A DNA stretch of 64,000 nucleotides from Pelagimonas sp. (GCA_025210345.1 JAOARX010000013.1:143135-207134); one strand, 5' to 3'; positions 1 through 10,621 are shown, counted from the stretch's first letter. A program made the numbers and translations. The notes: a model not told the origin generated them from the letters alone.

Positions 1-720
1 CACCGGTGGCAAAGCGGTCAGATCCTGCCAGGGCAGACGCCCGCCGTTCCCGCGTGACGGGGTGGCCGAGAACCGACGTGCCTGAGCCGAAAAGGCAGAT
101 TCGGACTCAAGTTGGGAAATCCGGTTGGCCCGATCGCGCACGGTTTGTTCGTTGGCAGGGGTCATCGGCATGATGATTTCCGAAACCAGCACGCGCACAC
201 CTGCGCCTTGACCCGCAGATTGGTTGAGCGCCCGGTCGATTTCGGCCTCAGACAGCGATACGCGACCGGCAAAACGCTGGCCGGCAAGAATGCGCCAGCT
301 CAGACCGGCGCGCACAAAATCGCGGAACGTCTGTTGCGCAACGCCATTGGCTTCGAGCGCCTGAATGAATTCTTCCTGGCTCAGATTGGCGCGGCCCGCG
401 AATTCTGCCATGCCGTCGGCGATTTCTTCGGGGGTGGGGTTGATGCCCGCATCCAGCGCCGCTTGCAGTTTCAGGCGGTCATCCACCAGCTGTTCGCGCG
501 CGACCTGGGTGGGATCACCGGGGGCGCGCAGCAGTTCGAGCATGCGTTTGCGCTGCTCGATTTCATACCCTGTGATCACAAGGTCGTTGACGATGATCGC
601 CGGGGCGAATTTGCCCTGTGCCAATGCAGGTGTCGGCGCCACAATCGTCAAAGAGACGATGGGCAAAGACAGGGCGGCGGTCGTGGTCAAAGAGGCCAGC
701 AGGCGGGTCAGTTTGCGCAT
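1..720 (-). CDS. surA: Periplasmic chaperone/PPIase SurA, N-terminal part (5' partial in window; gene continues beyond coordinate 1)
   Basis: Minus-strand translation from GTG/ATG ~720 gives a signal peptide then the SurA N-domain (MRKLTRLLASL...IVNDLVITGYEIEQRKRMLE...). Classic position immediately downstream of lptD. The + strand ORF 112..849 is the antisense artefact. Confidence 0.75.
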   Translation of the reverse strand, partial: MRKLTRLLASLTTTAALSLPIVSLTIVAPTPALAQGKFAPAIIVNDLVITGYEIEQRKRMLELLRAPGDPTQVAREQLVDDRLKLQAALDAGINPTPEEIADGMAEFAGRANLSQEEFIQALEANGVAQQTFRDFVRAGLSWRILAGQRFAGRVSLSEAEIDRALNQSAGQGAGVRVLVSEIIMPMTPANEQTVRDRANRISQLESESAFSAQARRFSATPSRGNGGRLPWQDLTALPPV

Positions 721-2906
721 GAGCGACGGTTCTCCTTGGCGCTGCCGCCAGTGCTGAACCCTTTCAGCGCGACAGACAGGTCGAAATCGGTTGATGGCTC
801 AAGGTTGCTTGCGGATGCAAAGCGACGCGAGGCGTTGAAATTCACCTGAACGCATTCGTTCTGGTACTGCAACCCCATCCCGGTACGATCCAGTCGGCCA
901 TCGGCGGCATCATAACGGGCATTCAGGGTCGAGGTCCAATGGGAATTGATGTGATAGGCGCTATCCAGCGTCCATTCCGATTGGTCGATGCTGCGGTTTT
1001 CATAGGGATCTTGCACCAATTGCAAATAGGACAGGCCGAAATCGACTTTCGGCGTGCTCCAATCGACCCGGGCTTCGCCCTTGGACAGGCGCGTGCGGTC
1101 GTCGATCAGGCCACGGGCGCTGATGCCAAGACCTTCGGCGGTTTTGAAGTGCCCTGAAACCAGCCAGTCGGAATGGGCGGTTTTCAACCCAGAGGATCTG
1201 GACAGGTTTGAATCGGATTCGTCACGCCAGATCCGCGCAAGGATCACCGAAGAATGCCAGCCCTGCGTCGAGACGTGGCGCCAGCGCAGCCCCCCGGCAA
1301 TCGTTGCCCCATGTTCCCGCCGATCCGCTGCCGGGAAACGGGACAGTGACAACAGGTTGCCTTCGTCAAATTCGACGCTGGTGCTTTCATCATTGGGGTT
1401 TTTGCCCCGCTCTCCCCCGACCCAGCCGAACTGAACGATGGGTTCCAGCAGAGTATGGCCGCCGTTCGCATCCGCGGCCCGCATCGGCAGACGGAAATCA
1501 AGCGAAACCCCCGGTGTGACCGCAGAAACATGTGCGTCGGAGGTTGCGTCCTGCTGGGTGTTGTAATGGTCCAACCACAGGTGTGTCGAGGCTCCGACCC
1601 GCAGGCCGGGGCCGATGGTCCAGCGATTGCGCCAGCTGAGTTCCGCGTTCAGGCGCGCGACATCGCGGCCATCGGGCAGGGTGTCGGTGTCGGGGCCGTC
1701 CACGGGGCTGTGTGACCACCGCTGATGGGCTTGGCCTTCGGCCGACAGGCGAAACTCGCCGCCGAAACGGGGGAACAGCCGTTGTTCCGCGCTGATCGAC
1801 GCGACGTGGCTGGGCTGCGTATCTTCGTCCTCGGAAGCGCGCAGCGAACGGTAGTTTGACAAGTCCAGATCAAGCAGGCTGTCACGATCCGCCCGCGTCA
1901 GGCCGACGTAGCTGTGCAGGCGATCGCCACCGCCAATGCCGTAATCGTTTGAATATGAGCTGTCCGTGACCGAATTGAACGAGAACTGCAGCTTGTAGCG
2001 ATTGCGCAGATCAAATGTGCCATTCGCGAACAGATACCCGCGCAGCTCGTCGCGGTTCTTGAGCAGCGTATCATTGCTGAGGGCACCGTTCAGTTCGATA
2101 TCGCCGTTCCAGAACGCCCGGCGATAGCGGAACTCAAGGGTCTGCCCATGCTGTGCCAGATAGGGTGTCAGGGTCAGATCCTGATGACGGCCGATCGGGA
2201 TGAAATAGGGCAGCTTGATGCCAAAGCCCAGCTGGCTGGTGTTGCGCAGGCGTGGAAACAGGAAACCACGCGCGCGTTTGAGCGTCGGATCCGGCAGGCG
2301 CAGGCGCGGAAAATAAAACACCGGCATGTCCAACACGCGCAATTGCGCATTGTCGAAATACAGCTGGCGCTCTTCCTGATCGTGGATCACACGCGTGGCA
2401 CGGATCTGCCAGATGGGGGCCTTGTCGGCGTCGCAAACCTGGCATGAGGTGACCGCGACCTTGGTGAGCTCAGTATAGCGCCCCTGGACACGGCGGGCCT
2501 GCACCGAGGCCAGTTGCAATTGCTGGTCCAAGACGGCGCGCGCACCCAGGATCAGACCGTTGCGCAGTTCCCGGTCCAGCTCGGCGCTGTCAGCGACAAT
2601 CACATCACCGTTGCGGTGTGTGATGCGGATCGGCCCGTCAATCTGGAGCGTTTCCGTCGCGCTGTCATAGATCACCCGGCTTGCACGCAGGTGATAATCC
2701 CCATGCATGGCTTCGACGTGACCCGAAGCCACGAGCCGTTCGTCGGCTTCGACCACGACGGTGTCAGCAACCAGCAAGGCGGGGCGCGCCTCGTTCTGAG
2801 GGGCAGGGGCCGACACAACATCGGAGCGCCCCTGCGCAAGCGTGGCCCCCCCGGTCAGGAACGTCGACGCCAGGACCGCCGCAAGGATGGAGAAAGAGCG
2901 TTTCAT
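708..2906 (-). CDS. lptD: LPS-assembly outer membrane protein LptD (OstA)
   Basis: 753-aa ORF. Likely true start MKRSFSILAAVLAST (signal peptide) with GGAGGA RBS. OstA N-domain plus large beta-barrel. Overlaps surA start and lptG stop. Confidence 0.9.
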   Translation of the reverse strand: MKRSFSILAAVLASTFLTGGATLAQGRSDVVSAPAPQNEARPALLVADTVVVEADERLVASGHVEAMHGDYHLRASRVIYDSATETLQIDGPIRITHRNGDVIVADSAELDRELRNGLILGARAVLDQQLQLASVQARRVQGRYTELTKVAVTSCQVCDADKAPIWQIRATRVIHDQEERQLYFDNAQLRVLDMPVFYFPRLRLPDPTLKRARGFLFPRLRNTSQLGFGIKLPYFIPIGRHQDLTLTPYLAQHGQTLEFRYRRAFWNGDIELNGALSNDTLLKNRDELRGYLFANGTFDLRNRYKLQFSFNSVTDSSYSNDYGIGGGDRLHSYVGLTRADRDSLLDLDLSNYRSLRASEDEDTQPSHVASISAEQRLFPRFGGEFRLSAEGQAHQRWSHSPVDGPDTDTLPDGRDVARLNAELSWRNRWTIGPGLRVGASTHLWLDHYNTQQDATSDAHVSAVTPGVSLDFRLPMRAADANGGHTLLEPIVQFGWVGGERGKNPNDESTSVEFDEGNLLSLSRFPAADRREHGATIAGGLRWRHVSTQGWHSSVILARIWRDESDSNLSRSSGLKTAHSDWLVSGHFKTAEGLGISARGLIDDRTRLSKGEARVDWSTPKVDFGLSYLQLVQDPYENRSIDQSEWTLDSAYHINSHWTSTLNARYDAADGRLDRTGMGLQYQNECVQVNFNASRRFASASNLEPSTDFDLSVALKGFSTGGSAKENRRSCAN

Positions 2907-3997
2907 CCGTCCTCCATATGTAGAATGAGGCCCGTGGCCAACAGGAATGACGCCACCGGCGGCACCCATGCGGCCAGGATCGGCGAAAGCTGACCGCTTT
3001 CACCGAGAATCTGGGCAAAGTTACGAATGTAGAACAGGCCAAAACCCAGCAGCACGGCGCTTAGGACGCCCAAACCGGTGTTGCCAAGTCGGGTGGGGCG
3101 CATGGTAAAGGCCGCCCCCACCATCATGAGTGCTGCCAAAAACAGCGGGCGGGCGAGCTCCATTTGGAACCAGACCAGGTGACGGCGGCTTGAGAAACCC
3201 GCTGTATCAAGGTCTTGAATAAAGGCAGGCAGGTCCCAGAACGGCACCGCATTGGGTTTGCCGAACCGGTCCCGGATGCTTTCTCGGGTGAGGTTGGACG
3301 GCAGTTCATACGTGGGGTGGATGCGCGCGCCCACCTCGGGGTTCAGCCCGGCCGAAAGCGGCCAGGCCTTGGCATCGCGTAGGTGCCAGGCCCCGTCTCG
3401 CAGTTGGGCTTCGGTCGCCAGGACACGATGCGCGGGCCCCCCGTCCGGGCCGTAGAGCACGAAACTGACGTCAAAGAGGGTCGTCGCATCCGCATTGGCC
3501 CGGGCCGCGCGGATCACCGATTGGCCGCTTTCGCTGCCCTGCCGCAACCACAGCCCTTCGGACCCGATGGAAATGGCCGAGGTCGAGCCTGTCTCAAGGC
3601 GATCCACCTGATCGATATAGCGCTTGGAGGTGGCGGCAACGATGGGGTTGAGGATGCCCACAACCGCAATCCCGACGGCAAAGGCCACCACGGCAGGTGA
3701 CAACAGGACCGCAAAACCTGACCGTCCAACCGCCCGGGCCACCACCAGTTCGGAGGATCTGGCCAGCCCCAGGAAAAGCGCGACCGAAGAGAGGATCATC
3801 ACCAGCGGAAGTATCTCATAAATGCCTTCGGGCAGTTTGAGCGCGGTCAACTGCAATGCAAGGCCCAGACCACCATTGTCGGAGACGCGGCGAATTTCCT
3901 CGATTAGATCAAACAGGCCCTGAAAGGCCGCGAGAATCACGAAAACCCCAAGGAAAATAAGGAAATAGCGCCGTGCGAAATACAGGTGCAGTTTCAT
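2903..3997 (-). CDS. lptG: LPS export ABC permease LptG
   Basis: 364 aa with YjgP/YjgQ permease architecture (MKLHLYFARRYF...). 4-bp overlaps with lptD and lptF. Confidence 0.85.
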   Translation of the reverse strand: MKLHLYFARRYFLIFLGVFVILAAFQGLFDLIEEIRRVSDNGGLGLALQLTALKLPEGIYEILPLVMILSSVALFLGLARSSELVVARAVGRSGFAVLLSPAVVAFAVGIAVVGILNPIVAATSKRYIDQVDRLETGSTSAISIGSEGLWLRQGSESGQSVIRAARANADATTLFDVSFVLYGPDGGPAHRVLATEAQLRDGAWHLRDAKAWPLSAGLNPEVGARIHPTYELPSNLTRESIRDRFGKPNAVPFWDLPAFIQDLDTAGFSSRRHLVWFQMELARPLFLAALMMVGAAFTMRPTRLGNTGLGVLSAVLLGFGLFYIRNFAQILGESGQLSPILAAWVPPVASFLLATGLILHMEDG

Positions 3998-5142
3998 GCG
4001 GCACCTCCGGTCTGCTCAGCTGTCCCCTGCGCGGCTGCCTTGCCTTTGCGAAAACGACGCGACGAGACCCAAAGCAAGAGGGCAACAATCCCCGCCCCAA
4101 ACAGCGGGGGCAGGTACACCATCGGCCAAAGTGCAGCATTGTCGCGCACGGGTTCCGTGACCATCCCCTTGGAAAACTCGACCAGCACGATCAGAAAGAT
4201 CGCCAGAATGATCTGCGTTGAACTGCCTGTGCGCGAGAACCCACCGGCAACCAGCGTCGCATAGCCGATCAGCGCCGCGACGATGCACAACAGCGGTTGT
4301 TGAAAGCGAAGATGGGCCTCTTCCAGAATTTCACCGATGGATTCGTTGGTTTCCTTTGAGATCGCCGCCGGATCCCCCAGCAGCTCAGGTGTGGGGATGA
4401 ACTTGATCTTGCGGCGCTTTTTCTTGGGGGGTGCCACCATTGCCGAAATGTCATAGGTGAGGTTGCTGAAGTTGGTCGTCGACAGCTGCCCGGTTTCATG
4501 CGTCAGCGTCTGAGCGATGCCCGAAACCATCACGATCTTGGGCCCCTCGTCATCTTTGACCAGGTAGGCGGTGTCGGCGGTATAGATCACTTCGCGTTTG
4601 TCCGAGCGCCGATCGCTGAGCAGCACATCGGTCAATTCACCCGTGGGGGCAGAGTCGCGGATGTAGAATGTCACCCCATCAGAAGGGTGCAGGAACTGCC
4701 CCTCGCGCATCAGCTTGGCCGATATGGACCCGGCGATTTCAAGTTCGCGTTGCTGCAGCCGTTCAAGGCTTTTGGGCACGAGAACATGCGACAGGATCAA
4801 CATCATAGTTGCAATGAATAGGCCAAAGACCAGAACCGGGCGGGCCAGCCGCCAGTTGGAAAACCCCACGGCCTGAAGAACGGTCAGTTCCGATTCCGAG
4901 GCCAGCCGATTGGTCACATAGACGGCTGCGGCAAAGGTGGCCAGGGGCAGGATCCGGGCAATGACCGCAGGCAAAGACAGCACAGAAAACTCAAGGAAAA
5001 TCTGTGCGGAATGGCCGTCTGAGATCAGTTCGTCAAACAGCACAACAGCCCGGTTGACCCAGAAGATCGCCACTAGAACTAGGGCGAAAAAGCCGAACAA
5101 CACCAGTAGTTGCGACAGGGCATATCTGTCGAATCGCTGCAC
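3994..5142 (-). CDS. lptF: LPS export ABC permease LptF
   Basis: YjgP/YjgQ family. The conserved N-terminus VQRFDRYALSQL suggests a GTG start near 5142 rather than the ATG at 5253. Start position is uncertain. Confidence 0.8.
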   Translation of the reverse strand: MQRFDRYALSQLLVLFGFFALVLVAIFWVNRAVVLFDELISDGHSAQIFLEFSVLSLPAVIARILPLATFAAAVYVTNRLASESELTVLQAVGFSNWRLARPVLVFGLFIATMMLILSHVLVPKSLERLQQRELEIAGSISAKLMREGQFLHPSDGVTFYIRDSAPTGELTDVLLSDRRSDKREVIYTADTAYLVKDDEGPKIVMVSGIAQTLTHETGQLSTTNFSNLTYDISAMVAPPKKKRRKIKFIPTPELLGDPAAISKETNESIGEILEEAHLRFQQPLLCIVAALIGYATLVAGGFSRTGSSTQIILAIFLIVLVEFSKGMVTEPVRDNAALWPMVYLPPLFGAGIVALLLWVSSRRFRKGKAAAQGTAEQTGGAA

Positions 5143-5267
5143 GCGGATTGTTCCCCCCAGAACATTCTTTGCACGGACCCTACTGGATTGCGCCTTTGGG
5201 GGAAAGGTGCCTCTGGCATTCTGGGCGCGACATGATAGGTCTTGAGCAAACATTGGCTGAGGAGAGT

Positions 5268-6737
5268 ATGATGACCGATCTGCGCAAGGTGAGCTTTGGG
5301 GCGGTTGAGCTGGATGGGCTGGCAGAGGTTGGCGGGCGCGTGGCCCTGCTATTGCCAGCCGAGGGCACCATGAGCCCAGGCGCGCGCCGTGTGAACCGTC
5401 TGACCAAAGGCGCGGTGCAGCGGATCGTCGATGCCGAAGCCTGGGAAAAGCTGGCCGTGGGCGATGCGCTTAGCCTGACCTACCCAACCGGCATGGCGGC
5501 TGTCGCGGTCGATCTGGTCAAGCTGCCCCGCCGTCCGTCGGTGGCCGAGGCCCGCAAGGGCGGCGCGTCTCTGGCCAAACTGGCCAAGTCCGAGGCGCTG
5601 ACGGTCCTGTCTGAAAACACCACCCGCCCCGAAGAGCTGGCGCTGGGCCTGATGTTGCGTGGCTATGCGTTTACCGCGCGCAAGTCCGAAGCCGCAGATG
5701 CGCTGGCTGAGACCCAGATCCTGTGCAAAGCCCCACAAGAGGCAACCGCGGCCTTCGCGGTTTCACAGGCCGTGGCCGAGGGGGTGACCTTTACCCGTGA
5801 TCTGGTATCCGAACCCGCCAACGTGCTGGGAACCGTCGAATTCGCGGACCGCCTTTTGGCTCTGAAAGAACACGGTCTTGAGGTTGAGGTTCTGGAAGAA
5901 GAACAGCTTGCTGAGCTGGGGATGCACGCGTTGCTTGGCGTGGGGCAGGGGTCGGCCATGCCCTCTAAGGTTGTCGTCATGCGCTGGAACGGCGGCGAAG
6001 GCGCGCCCCTGGCGCTGGTTGGCAAGGGGGTTGTGTTCGACACGGGCGGCATCAGCCTGAAACCCGCGGGCGGCATGGAAGACATGACCATGGATATGGG
6101 CGGCGCGGGTGTTGTGGCCGGCGTGATGAAAACGCTGGCGATGCGCAAGGCCAAGGCCAATGTCGTTGGTCTGGTCGGACTGGTCGAGAACATGCCCTCA
6201 AGCACGGCGCAGCGCCCCGGAGACATCGTGACCTCGATGAAGGGGGACACGATCGAGGTGATCAACACCGACGCCGAGGGGCGGCTCGTGCTGTGCGACG
6301 TGATGTGGTATGCGCAGCAAGAGATAAAACCCAGGGCGATGATTGATCTTGCGACGCTGACGGGGGCGGTGATCATTGCGCTGGGTCATGAAAACGCCGG
6401 GGTTCTGTCGAACAACGATGGCTTTGCCAACCAATTCCTGCGCGCCGCTCAGGCCGAGGGCGAAGGGGCATGGCGGTTGCCCTTGGGCAAAGCCTATGAC
6501 GACCAGCTGAAATCGCTGAAAGCGGATATGAAAAATGTCGGCGGGCGCCCGGCGGGAACCATTACGGCGGCGCAGTTCCTGCAACGCTTCGTCAAAGAAG
6601 ACATGCCGTGGATTCACCTCGACATTGCGGGGGTTGCGCAGACCGGGGGCGAAACCGCTCTTGCCCCCAAGGGGGCAACCGGCTGGGGTGTCATGGCGCT
6701 GGATCGTCTGGTGCGCGATCAATTCGAAAGCGAATAG
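5268..6737 (+). CDS. pepA: Leucyl aminopeptidase (M17)
   Basis: Motifs VGKGVVFDTGGISLKP and NTDAEGRLVLCDV. Start MMTDLRK preceded by a GGAGAG RBS. Divergent from lptFG as in E. coli. Confidence 0.9.
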   Translation: MMTDLRKVSFGAVELDGLAEVGGRVALLLPAEGTMSPGARRVNRLTKGAVQRIVDAEAWEKLAVGDALSLTYPTGMAAVAVDLVKLPRRPSVAEARKGGASLAKLAKSEALTVLSENTTRPEELALGLMLRGYAFTARKSEAADALAETQILCKAPQEATAAFAVSQAVAEGVTFTRDLVSEPANVLGTVEFADRLLALKEHGLEVEVLEEEQLAELGMHALLGVGQGSAMPSKVVVMRWNGGEGAPLALVGKGVVFDTGGISLKPAGGMEDMTMDMGGAGVVAGVMKTLAMRKAKANVVGLVGLVENMPSSTAQRPGDIVTSMKGDTIEVINTDAEGRLVLCDVMWYAQQEIKPRAMIDLATLTGAVIIALGHENAGVLSNNDGFANQFLRAAQAEGEGAWRLPLGKAYDDQLKSLKADMKNVGGRPAGTITAAQFLQRFVKEDMPWIHLDIAGVAQTGGETALAPKGATGWGVMALDRLVRDQFESE

Positions 6738-6742
6738 ACGCA

Positions 6743-7201
6743 TTGGGGGCGGCATATTTCTATCACCTGACGCAGCGCTCGCTTGAAGAGACTTTGCCCA
6801 TGCTGCTGGAAAAGTCTTTGCAAGCGGGCTGGCGCGTGGCGGTTCGGGGAACCGATCCGGGCCGGATGGAATGGCTGGACCAGAAGCTTTGGCTTGGGTC
6901 TGAAGAAGGGTTTTTGCCACATGGCATGGCCGGTGGTCCCCATGATGCGCGCCAGCCGATCTTGTTGACCTGCGCCACTGAAACGCCCAACGGGGCAGCC
7001 TGTCTGATGATCGTCGACCAGGCGCAGGTCTCGGCCGCAGAGGTCACCGCGATGGAACGCGTCTGCGTGATCTTTGATGGTCACGACCCAGAGGCGCTGA
7101 ATGCCGCGCGCGGCCAGTGGAAATCCCTGACACAGGCGGGATGCTCGGCGCAGTATTGGTCCGAAGAATCCGGTCGATGGGAGAAAAAGGCAGAAAGCTG
7201 A
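6743..7201 (+). CDS. holC: DNA polymerase III chi subunit
   Basis: AAYFYHLTQ...LLEKSLQAGWRVAV is chi-like. Immediately follows pepA in the conserved pepA-holC pair. Start codon (TTG at 6743) is uncertain. Confidence 0.65.
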   Translation: MGAAYFYHLTQRSLEETLPMLLEKSLQAGWRVAVRGTDPGRMEWLDQKLWLGSEEGFLPHGMAGGPHDARQPILLTCATETPNGAACLMIVDQAQVSAAEVTAMERVCVIFDGHDPEALNAARGQWKSLTQAGCSAQYWSEESGRWEKKAES

Positions 7202-7292
7202 GGCCGTTCCAACCCGAAACGACGAGGGAACACACGGGGGTGGTTTTTCGTATGGCCGTTTCCTGGGAGTTCTTTGGAAGTACGGAGCGAAC

Positions 7293-7874
7293 TTAGCGTG
7301 TCAGCACCAGCTGACCGCCAGCGATCTCGATTTTGTCGAACCGGTTCAGATAGCTCATGCCCAAAAGCGAAGTGTGCATTTCACCCCCGTTCACAAAGGC
7401 GCGTACACGTTTGTCCGAGATGCTGCCGAACTGCACCTGTGTGAGAACAATCGGGGCCGTTGCCACGGATCCATTGGCGGTGCGGGCTTCGGAATAAAAC
7501 CCCTGTTCGCCGGGGTCGACACCCGCCCGCATGGCGTCTTCCCGGGTGAGCACCACCGAGGTCGCCCCGGTGTCGACGACGAATTCCACTGGCACATCGT
7601 TGATGATCAGCGTCGCATAGTAATGGCCATCGGGATCACGCGGCAGCGAAATCTGACCGCTGTCATCAAACACCGCCTGTCTATTGAAGCTCTGGTCGCG
7701 GATATCGGACCAGATCGCGCTGACAAACAGCGCGCCCACCAGCAAGATCACGATATTGGCAGAGTGGCGGGCCAGGTTCACGGCGCCCAGACGTTTGCGA
7801 AAGACAAAGAGCATAAGCAGCCCCGCCCCGGCGATCGCGGCCAACTCAAGTGATACGGATTGAAGATCGAACAT
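7293..7874 (-). CDS. Membrane-anchored retropepsin-like (clan AA) aspartic protease
   Basis: N-terminal TM helices plus DTGATSVVL active-site motif. Resembles the TIGR02281-type family common in alphaproteobacteria. Confidence 0.75.
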   Translation of the reverse strand: MFDLQSVSLELAAIAGAGLLMLFVFRKRLGAVNLARHSANIVILLVGALFVSAIWSDIRDQSFNRQAVFDDSGQISLPRDPDGHYYATLIINDVPVEFVVDTGATSVVLTREDAMRAGVDPGEQGFYSEARTANGSVATAPIVLTQVQFGSISDKRVRAFVNGGEMHTSLLGMSYLNRFDKIEIAGGQLVLTR

Positions 7875-7931
7875 GTGCGAACCTCCTGATCTGTATAAAC
7901 TTAGGGTACTGTCGTGAAAAGAAAAGAGGGC

Positions 7932-8552
7932 TCAGACCCCTCCGATTCCGAAATCGCGCAGACCGTCTAGGATGAACTGGATCGAAAGTGCGGCCAAAAG
8001 CATGCCCAAAAGGCGGGACACAACGACGATCCCCGTGCGCCCCAGGGCGCGTTCGATGTGGTCTGCCAAAAGGAAAAGGCACAGCACGATCAAGATCACG
8101 GCCATGAGAACCAGCATGACACTGCTCCATTCGAACAGGGTATCGGTCTGCCCAGTCAGCAAGATCATGGTGGCGATTGCGCCTGGCCCTGAAATCAACG
8201 GCATCGCAAGGGGAAAGACGGATGGGTCGTCGTGGTCTTCTTCGTCGGCCTGATCCTCACGCCGTTTGCTGCGGCGTTCAAACAGCATGTCGAGTGCGGT
8301 CAGGAACAAAAGCGCACCGCCGGCAATGCGAAAGGCGGGCATCGAGATGCCGATAAAGCCCAGCACGGATTCGCCAAACAGCGAAAAGAGCGTCAGCAGT
8401 ACAAAGGCAATCCCACAGGCACGCAGCGCCATCTGGCGTCGCTGGCGCCGTGAAACCCCTTGGGTCAGGGCGATGAAGAGGGGCGTCAGGCCGATGGGAT
8501 CGACAATGACGAAGAGGGTCGCAAAGGCGCTTACGAGGAATGCACTGTCCAT
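7932..8552 (-). CDS. MarC family (UPF0056) integral membrane protein
   Basis: 206 aa with six TM helices. MarC-like N-terminus MDSAFLVSAFATLFVIVDPIG. Confidence 0.8.
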   Translation of the reverse strand: MDSAFLVSAFATLFVIVDPIGLTPLFIALTQGVSRRQRRQMALRACGIAFVLLTLFSLFGESVLGFIGISMPAFRIAGGALLFLTALDMLFERRSKRREDQADEEDHDDPSVFPLAMPLISGPGAIATMILLTGQTDTLFEWSSVMLVLMAVILIVLCLFLLADHIERALGRTGIVVVSRLLGMLLAALSIQFILDGLRDFGIGGV

Positions 8553-8598
8553 GTCGCATGCGTAACGGCTGCGACAGCCCGTCGCAAGAGGGATGCGC

Positions 8599-10488
8599 TT
8601 AAGCGCCTTCCGCCGCGTCCAGCCTTTCTTGTGCTTCCAGCCAAAGCTCTTCCGCGCGCATCAGGCCTTCTTCGATCTCGGAAAACTTGCGGTTCCACAG
8701 CGCGAGGTCGTCTTTCTTGTCGTCTTCATACATCGCGGGATCGGCCAGTTTGACCGAGAGCTTGTCGCGCATCTCTTCGATCTTGGACACGCGCTCTTCG
8801 CATTTGCGAAGCTCTGCGCGCAGTTCAAGAATACGGTCGCGGGGCGGGCGGGCCGGTTTGGCGGCTTTGGGTTTGTCCGCCTTCGCGGGCTTGTCGGCCG
8901 TCAGCAGGAAATTGCGATAGGCCTCGAGATCGTCGTCATAGGGTTTGACGGTCCCCCCGCTGACCAGCCAAAGACGATCCGCCACCATCGACAGCAGGTG
9001 CATATCGTGGCTGACCAGGATCACCGCACCCGAGTAGGCGGTCAGGGCCTCGACCAGCGCTTCGCGGCTTTCGATATCGAGGTGGTTGGTGGGCTCGTCG
9101 AGGATCAACAGATGCGGCGCCTCAAGGGTTGCCAGCAACAGTGACAGACGTGCCTTTTGCCCCCCCGACAGGCGACCCACCTCGGTATCGGCCTGATCCG
9201 CCATCAGGCCAAACCCGGCCAGTTTGGCCCGAAGTTGGGCCGGAGGCGTTTCCGGGCGTTCGCGTTGCAGGTGCTGGAGCGGCGTTTCATCGAGATGCAG
9301 CTCATCGACCTGATGCTGGGCAAAATAGCCGATGCGCAGCTTGGTGGAACGGGTCATTTTCCCGCTTTGCAGCGGGAGCCGATCCGACAGCAGCTTTGAC
9401 AGGGTCGATTTACCCTGGCCGTTTTTCCCCAACAGGGCGATGCGGTCGTCCTGGTCAATCCGCAGGTTCAATCGGCTTAGGACCGTTGTGTCGCCATAGC
9501 CAGTCGCCCCCCCTTCGATATGGATGATCGGAGGCGACAGTTCGTCGGGCTGGGGAAAGTTGAACACGCGTTTTGCCGCCTCTTCCGGGGCGGCGATCAT
9601 GTCCATGCGTTCGATCATTTTCAAACGGGCCTGCGCCTGTTTCGCCTTGGTCGCCTTGGCACGGAAGCGGTCGACAAAGCTTTGCAGGTGGGCGCGGCGG
9701 GCCTCTTGCTTTTTGGCGACGGCGCTGGCCTGGGCGCGCTTGGCGGCGCGTTGTTTGACGAATTGGTCGTAGGGGCCCTGATACAGCGTCAGCTGGCGGT
9801 CTTCGAGGTGCAAAATCGCACCGACAGAGCGGTTCAACAGCCCCCGGTCGTGACTGATGATCACGACGGTATGGGGGTATTTTGCCAGATAGGTTTCCAG
9901 CCAAAGCGCCCCTTCGAGGTCCAGATAGTTGGTGGGTTCGTCCAACAACAACAGATCGGGCTGGGCAAAGAGCACCCCGGCGAGAGCGACGCGCATCCGC
10001 CAGCCCCCCGAGTAATCCGAACAGGGGCGCTGTTGATCGGCATGATCAAAGCCCAAACCCGCGAGGATCGAGGCCGCGCGTGCTTCGGCGCTCCAGGCAT
10101 CAATATCGGCAAGCCGGGTCTGGACTTCGGCGATGCGGGTCGGATCGGTGGCGGTCTCGGCTTCGGCCATCAGCGCCGCGCGCTCGGTATCGGCGGCGAG
10201 AACCGTGTCGATCAGAGACACATCGGACGAGGGGACTTCCTGACTTACCCCCCCAACCCGGGCGCGTGAGGGCAGGGTGATCGCCCCGCCGTCCAGCGTC
10301 AGCTCTTCGTGAATCAGGCGGAACAGGGTGGTCTTGCCCGCGCCATTGGGGCCAACAAGCCCCACCTTGTGGCCCGTTGGGATGGTGGCGCTGGCGCCTT
10401 CGAACAAGGGGCGGCCTTCGACGGAATAGGCGATATCCTGAATGCGTAACATGGGTGTCGCAGTGCCAGAGGGGCCGGGGGCTGTCAA
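8599..10488 (-). CDS. uup: ABC-F family ATPase (Uup-like), tandem ABC domains with C-terminal coiled coil
   Basis: Two Walker A motifs (GPNGAGKTT, GKNGQGKST), two LSGG signatures, charged coiled-coil C-terminal domain. Confidence 0.85.
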   Translation of the reverse strand: MTAPGPSGTATPMLRIQDIAYSVEGRPLFEGASATIPTGHKVGLVGPNGAGKTTLFRLIHEELTLDGGAITLPSRARVGGVSQEVPSSDVSLIDTVLAADTERAALMAEAETATDPTRIAEVQTRLADIDAWSAEARAASILAGLGFDHADQQRPCSDYSGGWRMRVALAGVLFAQPDLLLLDEPTNYLDLEGALWLETYLAKYPHTVVIISHDRGLLNRSVGAILHLEDRQLTLYQGPYDQFVKQRAAKRAQASAVAKKQEARRAHLQSFVDRFRAKATKAKQAQARLKMIERMDMIAAPEEAAKRVFNFPQPDELSPPIIHIEGGATGYGDTTVLSRLNLRIDQDDRIALLGKNGQGKSTLSKLLSDRLPLQSGKMTRSTKLRIGYFAQHQVDELHLDETPLQHLQRERPETPPAQLRAKLAGFGLMADQADTEVGRLSGGQKARLSLLLATLEAPHLLILDEPTNHLDIESREALVEALTAYSGAVILVSHDMHLLSMVADRLWLVSGGTVKPYDDDLEAYRNFLLTADKPAKADKPKAAKPARPPRDRILELRAELRKCEERVSKIEEMRDKLSVKLADPAMYEDDKKDDLALWNRKFSEIEEGLMRAEELWLEAQERLDAAEGA

Positions 10489-10621
10489 TCTTGGGTGACA
10501 TCGTTCCCCGCGATTTTAGTCGTGGCGCGAATGAGGGCTTCCCAAAGATGTGCCCCCGTGCTAACGCCCGCGCAATAGAAACCGCCGGGTCGTGAACCCG
10601 GATTTTTGACGGAGCAAGACC

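Noticed and set aside
112-849. 245-aa + strand ORF at the window start
   Set aside because: It is antisense to the SurA N-terminus encoded on the minus strand. The composition is Arg/Gly/Ala-rich, as typical for a high-GC shadow ORF.
5663-6920. Two minus-strand ORFs (237 and 240 aa) inside pepA and holC
   Set aside because: Antisense to strongly supported genes. Ser/Thr/Ala/Pro-rich translation typical of wrong-frame GC-rich DNA.
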